This document shows, in pieces, positions 27,935 to 38,179 of a stretch of 64,000 bases of DNA (position 1 is its first letter; each line of letters starts with the position of its first letter). Location: positions 1 to 64,000 of the IMG/VR virus record IMGVR_UViG_3300033463_000096; one strand, written 5' to 3'. Source of the stretch: an uncultured virus (IMG/VR IMGVR_UViG_3300033463_000096). Its lineage: Duplodnaviria; Heunggongvirae; Uroviricota; Caudoviricetes. A program made the position numbers and the translations under genes. A model generated the notes under the pieces. The model was not told the DNA's origin. It saw only the letters and a list, made by a program, of their open reading frames with translations, and made no database searches.

Positions 27935-29956
27935 TTACCACCAACTGAATAAACCTTTGTCCTTTGAATCCTTAGGAGCCGTCTTGTAAATTGCGTCAAC
28001 CACATCCTTCATTGATGCACGAACTGCAGCCATCTGCAAGCTGAATGCTTGAGCAGTGACAAAGTTAGAAGGTACTCCCTTAAGAGTTGTTGTCTCTTCA
28101 TTAACACCTTCAGTGTCTGTAGGAACGATTGTGTTAATTCCACTTTCAATGACGGATGTTTCCGCATTGGTAACTGTATTCGTAATTGCAGTGGATTTCG
28201 CAATTCCATTCTGTTTCATTGAAACTGCCTGCAGAACGTCCGCGATAAGAGCCGCAATCTGTCTGCTGTTCTCAACCAATGGTTCCAAAGCCTTCGTGAA
28301 TGAATTACTTCCGACGAGTCCCATCAACCAGCCCACAAGCGGCATACCGAACAAGATTGAGAGATATGCCCCTGTAATGACGTTCAGGTCATTTAACATT
28401 CCAGCAATTAGCAATTTTGTCTGACTTGAAATCGTCTTTGAAACATCGGTAAATAGGCTGCTAATCTTGCTCATGGTACCTTGGTAAGCAGCGTCAAAGT
28501 TTGTCGCCACTGTTTCCATTGCAGTCTTAACAGGTTCAATGATATTTTCAAAAGCCTTAATAAATCCTTCAGCCACAAGTGTAGCAAAGACACCGCCAAC
28601 CTCAAAATTGGCAGTTAGAGCCTTGATGGAAAGTTCCTTCAATTCATCTTCAGTAATTTCCTTCTTCGGTTCTTCTTTCTTTCCGAATCCGAACAGACCC
28701 TTAATAAATCCACCTGCCGCAGAACCAATAGCCTTAAGCACTGTAGCCACAACATTTCCGATGGAATCCACGATGCTAGTGATAGCACCCATGATAGCGT
28801 CAATACCGCCAACTACCAATGAAAGAATTGCCTTAGGAATGAATGTTATCGCTTCGGTAAGAACTTCTATTGCTGTGTGCATCATGTCAGTGATGATCTT
28901 GCCTAGCATTGGAGCAATTTCAGCAAATGCCTTTATAGCATAGACGATACCGTCCACTATCACCTTGACCACTTCAAGCAGTGCCTTTGCCAAAGCAACG
29001 ACGATAGCAGCCAATGCAACGGCAATCATTACGCCGATAAGCAATACAGCTGCGATAAGCACAACTGACACAAGTATGAATGCAGCAGCCACAACAGCGA
29101 CGGCAGCAGCGACTAACGCAAATTCTGCCCAGTCAGCAGCAACTGATGCGACGGTCTGAACAATCATCATCGCGAACTTGAATGCCAAATAGACTGCTTC
29201 CTTCGCAATCTTCCATGCAAAGTATGCACCTGCAGCCGCAATTATGAATGCGACTACACCGGCAATAGCCGCTTCAACAGATGTATTGAAGTAGCCCTTA
29301 ATAAATCCATAAAGCAACAAGCCGAACACGATAAGCATTGGCACGACCTTCGTTAAGAATGTCATAACCATTGTGACTGGGTTCAATGCCTTGAATGCAG
29401 CCATAGCCATTGAAGCAGCAATTAACTTGCTGTCAAGTGGCGGAACATCACCGCCTCCGCCTCCACCGCCTTCTTCACCCTTCTTGCCTTCAATAACCTT
29501 TGTCTTAGCAGCGCCTTGCTTTTTCATTTCCTTGCTGATGTTTGTCCATAGCTTACCATACTTGGTATTTTGAACATATTCCTTTGCAGCAAGTTTAGCC
29601 ATCTGCTTCAAAATTGAGCCTGTGTTCTTCAAGTGAGACACTAGGCCTTCTGACTTGTTTGAAGCCATGCTCTTTGTTGTCGCATCAGTAAGGTTAGCAA
29701 GGCTAGCCTCTAGGTTTGATGCGTTTTCTTGTTCGTTGCTAACAAGCTCCTTGACGCCATCGGTCAAGGATGTCAAACTCTTTGCGGATTCTTCTTGTGT
29801 CTCTGCTGTTTCAACAGACACCTTGTAGTTATCAAGGAACGCTTCCTTGATTTGTTCAAGTAAGTCATTACCCAGGAGAGCAATTTCATTGCTGTCCGCT
29901 TGCAGGTCGAGTGACTGCTGAGCTTTCTGAGCATTAAAATAATTCTGTAAATCCAC
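27935..29956 (-). CDS. Probable tape measure protein
   Basis: 673 aa, helical and Ala/Ile/Val-rich, with long hydrophobic stretches and periodic repeats. Confidence 0.7.
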   Translation of the reverse strand: MDLQNYFNAQKAQQSLDLQADSNEIALLGNDLLEQIKEAFLDNYKVSVETAETQEESAKSLTSLTDGVKELVSNEQENASNLEASLANLTDATTKSMASNKSEGLVSHLKNTGSILKQMAKLAAKEYVQNTKYGKLWTNISKEMKKQGAAKTKVIEGKKGEEGGGGGGGDVPPLDSKLIAASMAMAAFKALNPVTMVMTFLTKVVPMLIVFGLLLYGFIKGYFNTSVEAAIAGVVAFIIAAAGAYFAWKIAKEAVYLAFKFAMMIVQTVASVAADWAEFALVAAAVAVVAAAFILVSVVLIAAVLLIGVMIAVALAAIVVALAKALLEVVKVIVDGIVYAIKAFAEIAPMLGKIITDMMHTAIEVLTEAITFIPKAILSLVVGGIDAIMGAITSIVDSIGNVVATVLKAIGSAAGGFIKGLFGFGKKEEPKKEITEDELKELSIKALTANFEVGGVFATLVAEGFIKAFENIIEPVKTAMETVATNFDAAYQGTMSKISSLFTDVSKTISSQTKLLIAGMLNDLNVITGAYLSILFGMPLVGWLMGLVGSNSFTKALEPLVENSRQIAALIADVLQAVSMKQNGIAKSTAITNTVTNAETSVIESGINTIVPTDTEGVNEETTTLKGVPSNFVTAQAFSLQMAAVRASMKDVVDAIYKTAPKDSKDKGLFSWW

Positions 29957-29977
29957 GCTTTACCTCTAAATTATTTA

Positions 29978-30691
29978 TTAGTAAAGCCAGGTTGTCTCAA
30001 CGCCAAAGGATCCTGTGATTTCAGATTCGGCATGGTAGGATGTTTCCCTATCGCCTTCAAATTCAGCAAGGCGGCGAGCAATCTCCTTTTTCCATTCCTC
30101 TTGTATCATTTCTTCTGTCTTGACAATCTGCACTTGCTCTTCGCGATATGCCTGCATTTCTTCATGTGCTTTTGCAGACGATTCACGAGCAATCTTCAAA
30201 TGGCATTCACGAGAGCAGCAGTTCTGATAGCCGGTTGACAACTTCAAGAATTTGGTCGGCTTGCCGCAAACTTGACAAACGCCTTCGCCTTCCTTCTTCA
30301 TGAACTTGTCATAATACTGCTGGGCGTTCATGTCATGTTCTTGCTTGATATGGCGAGAGAACGCTAACGAGGCTGCATTATAGCTACGGCCAGATATCTT
30401 AGCACCGCACTCTTTACATTCAAGTGTGGTTTCTTCGGCATGCGACTCTTGCCATTTCTTAGCACAAGAAATACAGCAGAACCTGCTATAACCTTCTGTT
30501 AGGTTAATGAATGAAGTCGGGTTGCCACACTGTTCGCAGCGACCTTCATCCGGCTTCTTTAAGCACTTGTCATAATATGTTTGAATGTCAACGCCGTGCT
30601 TTGACACGATATGCGTGCCTAGCGTCTTTAGCCCATTAAATACACCACCGCAAATTTTGCAGTGGTTCTCGTTTGATAAAATCACAGACAT
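29978..30691 (-). CDS. Tandem zinc-finger protein (two C2H2 plus Cys-rich modules)
   Basis: The module CKxCG...HIxxxH...YYDK..KK..EG.CxxCG.PT.F..L..GY..CC..C occurs twice. Confidence 0.7.
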   Translation of the reverse strand: MSVILSNENHCKICGGVFNGLKTLGTHIVSKHGVDIQTYYDKCLKKPDEGRCEQCGNPTSFINLTEGYSRFCCISCAKKWQESHAEETTLECKECGAKISGRSYNAASLAFSRHIKQEHDMNAQQYYDKFMKKEGEGVCQVCGKPTKFLKLSTGYQNCCSRECHLKIARESSAKAHEEMQAYREEQVQIVKTEEMIQEEWKKEIARRLAEFEGDRETSYHAESEITGSFGVETTWLY

Positions 30692-30692
30692 T

Positions 30693-31286
30693 TTACTTTA
30701 TGTCGGAGCCCTTCATATCAGTCGGTCTCTCGACCCCTTCATCACCTTGTTCTACAACGAATTCCAATTCTTCCACTTCAAAGGTAGCAATCATCGTTCC
30801 CAATTCAGCAGCACTATACTTGAGGTCAATAGTGCTTAGGTTGTTGATGATGCAGTGCTTGAAGCGAATCTTTGACAGCACACGCCCATCGTTATCAAGG
30901 AAGCAAACCTCAATAGCGTCAATGCAGTCAAAGCGAAGTAGTTCTTCACCTTTCAAGCTCTTCTTGCCACATGGCTGACCGTATCTCATGTGATACAGCC
31001 AAGATGCAAGCAGCCAATAGTTAAAAGCATGTTCATCAATCTTGAACTCAATAGTCACAGTCTGCAAGTCACGAGAACCAATCGGGCTCGGATGCAACTG
31101 TCTATATTGTCCAGTGGTTGAATAAAGCATAGGAATAGACAAGTCAGGAATGTTAATTCCCTTTAGGTAGTTGTTCAGCACATGAATGTCAATTCCCTTA
31201 TAGCCAGTCATATTAGGCACATTGGAAAAACGCACCTCAAACTTGTTTTTATGGAATTCATTTATTTGTGTTGTTAATCCTGGCAT
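30693..31286 (-). CDS. gp3: Tail completion/tube terminator, gp3-like
   Basis: NKFEVRF, INIPDLSIP and TVTIEFKIDE...NYWLLASWL match the gp3 pattern. Confidence 0.7.
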   Translation of the reverse strand: MPGLTTQINEFHKNKFEVRFSNVPNMTGYKGIDIHVLNNYLKGINIPDLSIPMLYSTTGQYRQLHPSPIGSRDLQTVTIEFKIDEHAFNYWLLASWLYHMRYGQPCGKKSLKGEELLRFDCIDAIEVCFLDNDGRVLSKIRFKHCIINNLSTIDLKYSAAELGTMIATFEVEELEFVVEQGDEGVERPTDMKGSDIK

Positions 31287-31294
31287 GATACTCC

Positions 31295-32668
31295 TTAAAT
31301 GGCGACAGTCACTCTAACTTGGTTCTGAGAGAATGTCGGCACATTTGCAGTTGTTTCAATGAACTGCGTAATTTCATACATCTTAACATTGATTGTGTTA
31401 TTCGGCTCGGCTGCTGAGTGGTGACCTGTGTATGATGGTACTAGCTTAACCGCTGTTGCTGTTGGTTTGATATCTTCAGTTGTTGTCTGAGCACTTGTTG
31501 TGCCAATCATAAACGGAATAGGCATTGATGACAAGGCAGCGATGTCGTAAATCTCTGACTTGAACTTACCCCAGTTATAATGATAGCCAGATGTTTCAAT
31601 ATCCTCAGTAATGAATGCGCTTGACTTGATTGTGTAAAGCGGTGTAATCAATGTCTTGTCAAGATCCTTCTGTGGATTGGCTGGGTCATTGGCCATTGTC
31701 AGTGGTGTGTTGTTGCCATAGAAGTGGTCACCGTCAACCGTAGGATCGTTGAACACATAGTCAGGGCGATAATCATCTTCAACATCGTATGATGAAGTTT
31801 CGCCTTCAATAGTCTTACCTGTAATGGCACGAGTATGAATAGGCACAACAGGGTCAACTGTTGGCGGGTTCAACTCTAGAGGATCTGTGCCTGTGTATTT
31901 CTCCATGTCGCCTGTAAGCAAGCGAGGCATCAAGCAAACTTCAAAGCGAGCGATATTCTGATAGTCCAGCGCACAAACCACAACCACTGACTGGAACTTG
32001 TATTCAGCGTTTGGCTGTGGAATGAAACGGAATGTCAAACTCTTCTTATCCTTTGATACCCAATACTGCATACCGTTCAAGATAAGCGTTTCATCATCGG
32101 TATTCGCAAAAACGTCACTCTTAACGACGCCGTGAACAGCGCCAGATACAGCCGAGGTTTCATATGTAGGGCTGCCGTCACATGTGATTGACAACATAGG
32201 CTTGCTGATTTCAGATATGTATGTTTGAATACCTGGGCGAGGCGGTGTTGCTGATGAGACACCGTATTCACATTCATCAACCTTTACGTTAGCCTCGTCC
32301 ATTGTGTCCGATAGCTGTTTCACAATCGTGTTGATTTCATCTATCGCTTCGCCAGTAGCATAATGCAAACGCCCTATCTGTTCATCATAGAAACCTGATA
32401 CTTCGGCAAATGTATATGTATCAGGGTAAAGAGCATGAGCCTCAGCACCTTCAACTACGATGTCGGTGCGAGCATCTCTTGTTCTTTCATAGCTGTGCTT
32501 AACTTCCAGCAAGTCAGCAATTTGCTGAGCTGCGTCAGCAGAATGGAATTGGTCAACAACATCAATTCTGAAGTCAGGCGCAGTCAAGTCTATTTCGTCA
32601 ATCGTGTCTGATGTGACTGTCACCGTGCAGATGAAGCCATCATACTCCGATTTAACATACATTGCCAT
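31295..32668 (-). CDS. Hypothetical structural protein
   Basis: 457-aa acidic, Thr-rich ORF directly downstream of gp6. Confidence 0.6.
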   Translation of the reverse strand: MAMYVKSEYDGFICTVTVTSDTIDEIDLTAPDFRIDVVDQFHSADAAQQIADLLEVKHSYERTRDARTDIVVEGAEAHALYPDTYTFAEVSGFYDEQIGRLHYATGEAIDEINTIVKQLSDTMDEANVKVDECEYGVSSATPPRPGIQTYISEISKPMLSITCDGSPTYETSAVSGAVHGVVKSDVFANTDDETLILNGMQYWVSKDKKSLTFRFIPQPNAEYKFQSVVVVCALDYQNIARFEVCLMPRLLTGDMEKYTGTDPLELNPPTVDPVVPIHTRAITGKTIEGETSSYDVEDDYRPDYVFNDPTVDGDHFYGNNTPLTMANDPANPQKDLDKTLITPLYTIKSSAFITEDIETSGYHYNWGKFKSEIYDIAALSSMPIPFMIGTTSAQTTTEDIKPTATAVKLVPSYTGHHSAAEPNNTINVKMYEITQFIETTANVPTFSQNQVRVTVAI

Positions 32669-32671
32669 AAA

Positions 32672-35401
32672 TTAGCTCCTATACTTATATGTGATGTTCA
32701 GACGGACAACAGGCAATTCATTTGTCATCGAGAAGTTCACGATGTTGTTGTTATCGTCAAGAACGGAGTCACATAGGGTCACCTTAATCAGTTTATATAT
32801 ATCCACCACAAGATTTGTGATTTGGGTCCAGAGCTGACCATCCACATCTTCCTCGTTCATATCAGTGTATGAAGAGTAATAGTACTTGGAGATGATCTTC
32901 GGCACCATATACTGCCAATAAGATTTTTCAGTCAATTCAGTTTCCATTTGGTTCTGGATAGCACCCACACGCTTAATCGTTTCTTGACGAGTGATTTCAT
33001 CCATTGACTCAACGAAGTATGGCAAAGCAATGGCACGGTCTGCTTCATACACGACAGTGGCATTCTGAATCCATTCCTTCAGGTCGTTCTGAATTGAGGC
33101 AACCTGCGAAGGTGTCAAGCCATAAGACGAAGCGTTTGATGTTGAGAAGTTTGTGGTTGATGCAAAGTCATCCTTTGAAGTGACATACAAATAAATCATT
33201 GTCTGACGGTTAATCACATCAAACTTTGAACGCTGCTGATAACCATACATCGAGATGATGACGTTATCGCCTGACTCAACAACTTCATACGGCGTGAACT
33301 GGACTTCGTTTCTGTAGTCCGTTTTCTGGTCAGCGCTGTTGTAGGCATACAAGCGAATCTTGAGGTTCTTGTTCCTCAATGCTTCAGCGTTAATCTGGTT
33401 GCCATTTGAGTCAGTCTTCGGCAATGTGATAACATTGTAGTTAGCATTGTTGCCTGTGTTATTGTAAATCGGTGAGCCAGGAAGGTTCTTGTTCAAAGAG
33501 TAGATCTGGGTATAGGTCTTGTTGCTGATGTTGTAAGACAGAACGTTTTCCTGTCCCTTAATCAGTTCAGAGACCTTTATATCCAAGTTAATAGCCTTTG
33601 TCTCATTACGGTTAGCGAAGAACTTCAGGATATCTGCCTTATAGATTGGCGAACCAAATGAAGTATGTTCATCTAGCCATTCATAAATCTCATTTTCAAC
33701 TTCACGCTTGTAATTGCTCATCTTAGCAAGCGGGTCAATTTCAACGGTGCCAACGACATCGTAGTACTGAACAAACGGAGGCATTGCGAATACCTTGCTG
33801 TTCATAATCATCTTCGGTGCGATGTTCTGACGAATCTTCTTGATGTTCTTCAACCACTGCTTTGATGGGTTTCGTTCATACTGCTTCTGATAGAAGGAGT
33901 TGAAACTCATGAGCATCTTCAAGTAGTCAGTCAAGTGGTCAAGATATGCAGAGCCTGAACCGTAAACGGTGAATGCACCGAATGAGTTGTCATCTTCATC
34001 AAGCACATTTCTGACGCTGTTTATCTTACCGTTGATGTTATAGGTACTTGCTGCAATAGCATAGCATATACAGTTCTGCAGGTACTTATAGGTAGTCGTG
34101 CCACCTTCAAAGATTTCTTCAATTTCTTCTTGTCCCCATGCTCCGGCGTTTTTAACACGGACAGGTGAAGTCATAGCCTTAAACCAGCTGACGAAATCCT
34201 GTTCAGTGACAAGGCGTCCAGCTGCAGCGAAATACTTCGGTGCATTGTTCTTGATGCTCTGTTGTGTTTCAAAATCAGAGCCACCGGTGATGTCAGAGTT
34301 CAATAGGAACTGAATGTTCTGAGTGATGTCAATAATTCCAGAAGGCTGTGAGGCATAGAAGTGTGTTGTTGTGCTGAACATTGAACCTGTTGTGCCCAAT
34401 GTATTTGCAGCAGCACCCTTAGTCTTCAAGTAGCGGATATAGATGTTATCATCAGCACGGAGCAAACCGTTATTACAGATGATGCCATCACCGAACTGCA
34501 AACGAACAGTCTTGTCCTGGTTCGTTGTAATGCAGCAAACCTTTAGCGGATCATTTTCATCCGAATCTTCAAATTCTTGAATACCTTCATTGAGGTAAAT
34601 TGAACAGTCTTCAATATCGTAGAGGCTCGTTTCACGCCATGCTTCTTCTTGGTTCTTACCAATACCAACCTTGGTAAAACCATAGATCTTGTAGAACTTG
34701 CCACGGCTGTAAGCAGTAGGATCACGACGGCCATACCAGTTTGACCATTCAAGATCGTTGATGTCATAGTACTGATAATTCTTGCCAAGCTTTCTCAAGT
34801 TTGAAGCACCGCGAATTTCGTGTGTTCCAATTTCACCTTGGAAAGCCTTAATCGGATAAGCATCGGCAGAGTTATACATCTTAACGCCGCCAAGTGTCCA
34901 GTACTTCATGCTAGATGAGTTCTTGGCGAAAATCAATGTCTTAGACCATGTTGATGACTGACCGTCACGAATATCCTGTTCATCAAATGTATATGAATAG
35001 TCGCTTGACAACATATAACGGTAGTTATTGAATGTCAGGTCAGCGTCTTCTTGCGTGAAGAATACGGTAGCACCTGCCTGAAGTGATTTAGGCAGTGGTC
35101 CCTTAATCTTAATAGCAACTTCGCATTCAGCCGGTACTGGACGAATTGGTGAATAACCCAAATTCTTTGCATGCTTGATAATTGACGAATCAAGACGTGC
35201 GGTATCAAGAAAACCTTCTTCTGCAACGCGCTGCATGAAGTAGTTGGTTTCATCCATGGTACCTGTAAGCATTTCCATGAACATCTGGTAGATGGAAGCT
35301 GCTGACAAATTTCTAAATCTTTCATCAGCACGAAGACGAGTCTGGAAATCGTCAATAAGTTGCTGATACGTAAAGCGTGTGTATTCTGTATTGTTTGCCA
35401 T
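32672..35401 (-). CDS. gp6: Baseplate wedge subunit gp6
   Basis: EGFLDTARLDSSIIKHAKNLGYSP, LQFGDG, YLKTKGAAAN and GGSDFET..SIKNNAPKYFAAAGRLVTEQDF. Confidence 0.9.
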   Translation of the reverse strand: MANNTEYTRFTYQQLIDDFQTRLRADERFRNLSAASIYQMFMEMLTGTMDETNYFMQRVAEEGFLDTARLDSSIIKHAKNLGYSPIRPVPAECEVAIKIKGPLPKSLQAGATVFFTQEDADLTFNNYRYMLSSDYSYTFDEQDIRDGQSSTWSKTLIFAKNSSSMKYWTLGGVKMYNSADAYPIKAFQGEIGTHEIRGASNLRKLGKNYQYYDINDLEWSNWYGRRDPTAYSRGKFYKIYGFTKVGIGKNQEEAWRETSLYDIEDCSIYLNEGIQEFEDSDENDPLKVCCITTNQDKTVRLQFGDGIICNNGLLRADDNIYIRYLKTKGAAANTLGTTGSMFSTTTHFYASQPSGIIDITQNIQFLLNSDITGGSDFETQQSIKNNAPKYFAAAGRLVTEQDFVSWFKAMTSPVRVKNAGAWGQEEIEEIFEGGTTTYKYLQNCICYAIAASTYNINGKINSVRNVLDEDDNSFGAFTVYGSGSAYLDHLTDYLKMLMSFNSFYQKQYERNPSKQWLKNIKKIRQNIAPKMIMNSKVFAMPPFVQYYDVVGTVEIDPLAKMSNYKREVENEIYEWLDEHTSFGSPIYKADILKFFANRNETKAINLDIKVSELIKGQENVLSYNISNKTYTQIYSLNKNLPGSPIYNNTGNNANYNVITLPKTDSNGNQINAEALRNKNLKIRLYAYNSADQKTDYRNEVQFTPYEVVESGDNVIISMYGYQQRSKFDVINRQTMIYLYVTSKDDFASTTNFSTSNASSYGLTPSQVASIQNDLKEWIQNATVVYEADRAIALPYFVESMDEITRQETIKRVGAIQNQMETELTEKSYWQYMVPKIISKYYYSSYTDMNEEDVDGQLWTQITNLVVDIYKLIKVTLCDSVLDDNNNIVNFSMTNELPVVRLNITYKYRS

Positions 35402-35415
35402 AATGCCTCTTTATA

Positions 35416-35423
35416 TATTTATA
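35416..35423 (-). promoter_or_regulatory. T4-type late promoter
   Basis: TATAAATA upstream of gp6. Confidence 0.75.
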
Positions 35424-35474
35424 CGGTAAAAGGGTGACCCTGACGGACCACCCTTGCTACATATAAAGCTAGTA

Positions 35475-36308
35475 TTAAGCGTTCTGATACTTCTTGAAAT
35501 CTGGGAAGAAGAAGTCAGGTGTGAAACCGATTTTCTTCTTAACAGTATTGCCACAAGTACATGGAATTTCAACGATAGGAATCAATCCGATATTGTGTTC
35601 AATCATGTAGTTAGAGAAGGTGACAAAATCAAGAGCCTTCATGGACTTGACAAATTTGTATGCTTCCATCGGAGTGACCTGCTGTCCGTCAACTGCTTCA
35701 ATGTATAGAGCAATTTCGGCTAGTTCAGGGTCAACTGCTTCAATGATCTGATCGTTCTTTGCCAATGCCTGTGCTCGTTCTTCCAAGCGAAGTGTTGGAT
35801 AACGGAGGGTTACTGTCTTACCACAGCGCGGCAATTCCAACTGCGGCTCAAACTTATCTGATGCGTAGTTGACCTTGAGTTCCTTCAAGCGAACCTTAAA
35901 GGTGTCAACCTTCTTACATTCAGGGCATGAATACTTCACGAAAATCGGGAAGTCATCGTATGTGATGGAACGGATATAGAACAGCAGCCAAACCTTGTCG
36001 CCCTGAAGAATATCCTTATAATTGATGTTATGAATGCAGTTTGAAAGAACCGTGTTGATGACTTGGTTAGCGTTATCTTCAGTCATCTGGTTTAGGTTCT
36101 TCAAGTCAATCGGTGACAATTCAGTCACATACAAAGGAGCTTTGTAGTACTTGCCTTTTGACGGAAGCAAGTCAGCGTTAATCATCACTGCATCTTCAGG
36201 GATATTTGATTTTTGTGCCTGAATGCCTTCCTGGGATAGGACGCCTTGTGCTGCATCACCAAGATCGCCGCCTATTGCAGCGTTTCTAATAACCTTTTTA
36301 CTTTCCAT
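35475..36308 (-). CDS. Baseplate hub assembly protein, gp26-like
   Basis: LPSKGKYY, GDKVWLLFYIRSIT, CPEC, LRYPTL and PDFFFP motifs. ATG 36308 has a GAGGTG RBS. Late promoter at 36343-36350. Confidence 0.75.
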   Translation of the reverse strand: MESKKVIRNAAIGGDLGDAAQGVLSQEGIQAQKSNIPEDAVMINADLLPSKGKYYKAPLYVTELSPIDLKNLNQMTEDNANQVINTVLSNCIHNINYKDILQGDKVWLLFYIRSITYDDFPIFVKYSCPECKKVDTFKVRLKELKVNYASDKFEPQLELPRCGKTVTLRYPTLRLEERAQALAKNDQIIEAVDPELAEIALYIEAVDGQQVTPMEAYKFVKSMKALDFVTFSNYMIEHNIGLIPIVEIPCTCGNTVKKKIGFTPDFFFPDFKKYQNA

Positions 36309-36354
36309 ATAAATCACCTCACGATAGGTTTAATTTTTGTTTTATTTATAACAC

Positions 36355-36384
36355 AAAAAAGGCTACCCGAGAGGGTAGCCTTTT
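36355..36384. terminator. Rho-independent terminator after the capsid operon
   Basis: aaaaaaggctaccc-gaga-gggtagcctttt. Confidence 0.85.
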
Positions 36385-36406
36385 GTTTAACTTTTATCCG
36401 TTAGGA

Positions 36407-36769
36407 TTAAGCCTTCTTTGGTTCGTCTGGGTCAATGAACTGATCGTTCTTGCCATACTTAGCCGAAGCAGCATGGGCTTCTTCATCATCCGTTGCTCCA
36501 ACGTTGAAGATAACATCGGCCTGACCGTAGTCATCATCAGCATAAGAAGCAGATGGGTTAATAAGAATTGTGCGCTTGTTGAATCCGTTAGGATCCTTCC
36601 AAGGATCAGCACTGAACTCACCATTCACCAATTCGTCAGCAAGCTTGGTGTAGATGCCGTCCTGGTAGTTTTCACCAGAAGTGCCAACATCGTAGAATGC
36701 TGAGATCGGAGCCTGAGCGTAATCGTTACCAACGGCATAGAAGTCCGGATTTTGAACTGTAGGTTTCAT
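36407..36769 (-). CDS. Small acidic protein downstream of the major capsid gene (possible decoration protein)
   Basis: 120 aa; AAGGAG RBS; no terminator seen between it and gp23. Confidence 0.6.
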   Translation of the reverse strand: MKPTVQNPDFYAVGNDYAQAPISAFYDVGTSGENYQDGIYTKLADELVNGEFSADPWKDPNGFNKRTILINPSASYADDDYGQADVIFNVGATDDEEAHAASAKYGKNDQFIDPDEPKKA

Positions 36770-36815
36770 TAGATTGTTTCTCCTTTTACCTTATTGTTTA
36801 ACTTCCGTCTACCGA

Positions 36816-38102
36816 TTAGTATGTATCGCCGTTGACCTTCTGAGCAATACCCTGGAACTTGAGCAAGCGGTAGTAGTTGTCTGCGCCAAGCATGTTGTTA
36901 GCAAATGCGTAGCGAGTCATGATACCGATGCGTGGGCTGAAGGTATTCGGGTCAATAGCCTGGTTCACAACGCCTGTCACGTATGGGCAGAAGATTACGC
37001 CTGCGTCATCGTTAGATGCGCCCTTGTAAGCGATGAGAACTTCTTCATTATCAACACCGTGGTTAACAGCGTATGCATCGCGGTAAACCTTGATAGAACC
37101 GCCGTTCAATGTACCAACTTCAGGTGTTGCTGTAGAGCCGGTTACGTCTGTTGTGATCTTGTTGAAGAACTGGGTTGCGGACTGGAGTGCAGTTGCCACT
37201 GCTGGAGATACAACAGCGATGTTACCCGGATTCTTACGTGTTGCGATTGCGATGTCGTTAGACTGAGCAATGATGTGTGTGATGATGTTGCTCAAACGTT
37301 CCTGAGACCAGCGTCCAGACCAGCCATCGTCAGCCGGAGTATCAGCAGGCTTCAATGTCTTGAGCTTACATAGAGACTTACAGCGAGCGATTGTTTCACG
37401 GTCAATTTCTGCAGTCAATTCGTACTGAAGAACGTTAACCATGTCGTTCACCATGTCAACACCCTGCATCTTCTTGATATCGTCAATAGATTCTAGAGAG
37501 AAGCTAGATGCGATCTTACGAGTCTTGGCAACGATAGCCTGACGGCTGAACATGATTGCCAATTCAGGAATCTTACCCTGCTTGTCGTGGTCGTTGATAG
37601 ACCATGCTTCTGCAGCCTGTGTTTCAACACCTAGACCGCTGTCAGCAGGACCATGTGTGTTAGCCTGAGAACCTGTGAAGCCAGAGTATTCTGGAACATC
37701 CTTCCAAGCTGCTTCAACCACGCGACCCTTGTCCAATTCATCCTTATACACATGACGCATTGCGTATGCCAAGCCCACCGGACCCTGCATAGCCTGAACG
37801 CCAACGAGAACGTTTGCGAACAACTGCGGGAACACACGGCGAACAAGTGCCAATGAAACTGGAGCAAAAACTGCCTTTGCGTCACCACCATGCGGGATAC
37901 CCTGGTCAGCACCTGTAGGAGCGCCAACACCGATACCAAAGTCTTCGTTCAAAGTATTTGAATAAAGATCATTCTGCTGGTTCTGAAGCAATTGTGCAAC
38001 GTTTTCGCGAATATATTTGTTCGAGATGTCGGCAACGGAGATTCCTTCTGGAACTTCCTTTGTCCAACGTTCGACGATTTCACGTCTGATTTGATTGTGC
38101 AT
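36816..38102 (-). CDS. gp23: Major capsid protein (T4 gp23-like)
   Basis: LVRRVFPQLFANVLVGVQAMQGPVGLAYAMR, ELTAEIDRE, DAGVIFCPYV and DPNTFSPRIGIMTRY. Confidence 0.97.
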   Translation of the reverse strand: MHNQIRREIVERWTKEVPEGISVADISNKYIRENVAQLLQNQQNDLYSNTLNEDFGIGVGAPTGADQGIPHGGDAKAVFAPVSLALVRRVFPQLFANVLVGVQAMQGPVGLAYAMRHVYKDELDKGRVVEAAWKDVPEYSGFTGSQANTHGPADSGLGVETQAAEAWSINDHDKQGKIPELAIMFSRQAIVAKTRKIASSFSLESIDDIKKMQGVDMVNDMVNVLQYELTAEIDRETIARCKSLCKLKTLKPADTPADDGWSGRWSQERLSNIITHIIAQSNDIAIATRKNPGNIAVVSPAVATALQSATQFFNKITTDVTGSTATPEVGTLNGGSIKVYRDAYAVNHGVDNEEVLIAYKGASNDDAGVIFCPYVTGVVNQAIDPNTFSPRIGIMTRYAFANNMLGADNYYRLLKFQGIAQKVNGDTY

Positions 38103-38179
38103 TATTCCTCCAAAAAGAGATTATGATTTACGAAATCACGAAATTGTTTATCGTTTTATTTTATTTATTTTTTCTTTTT

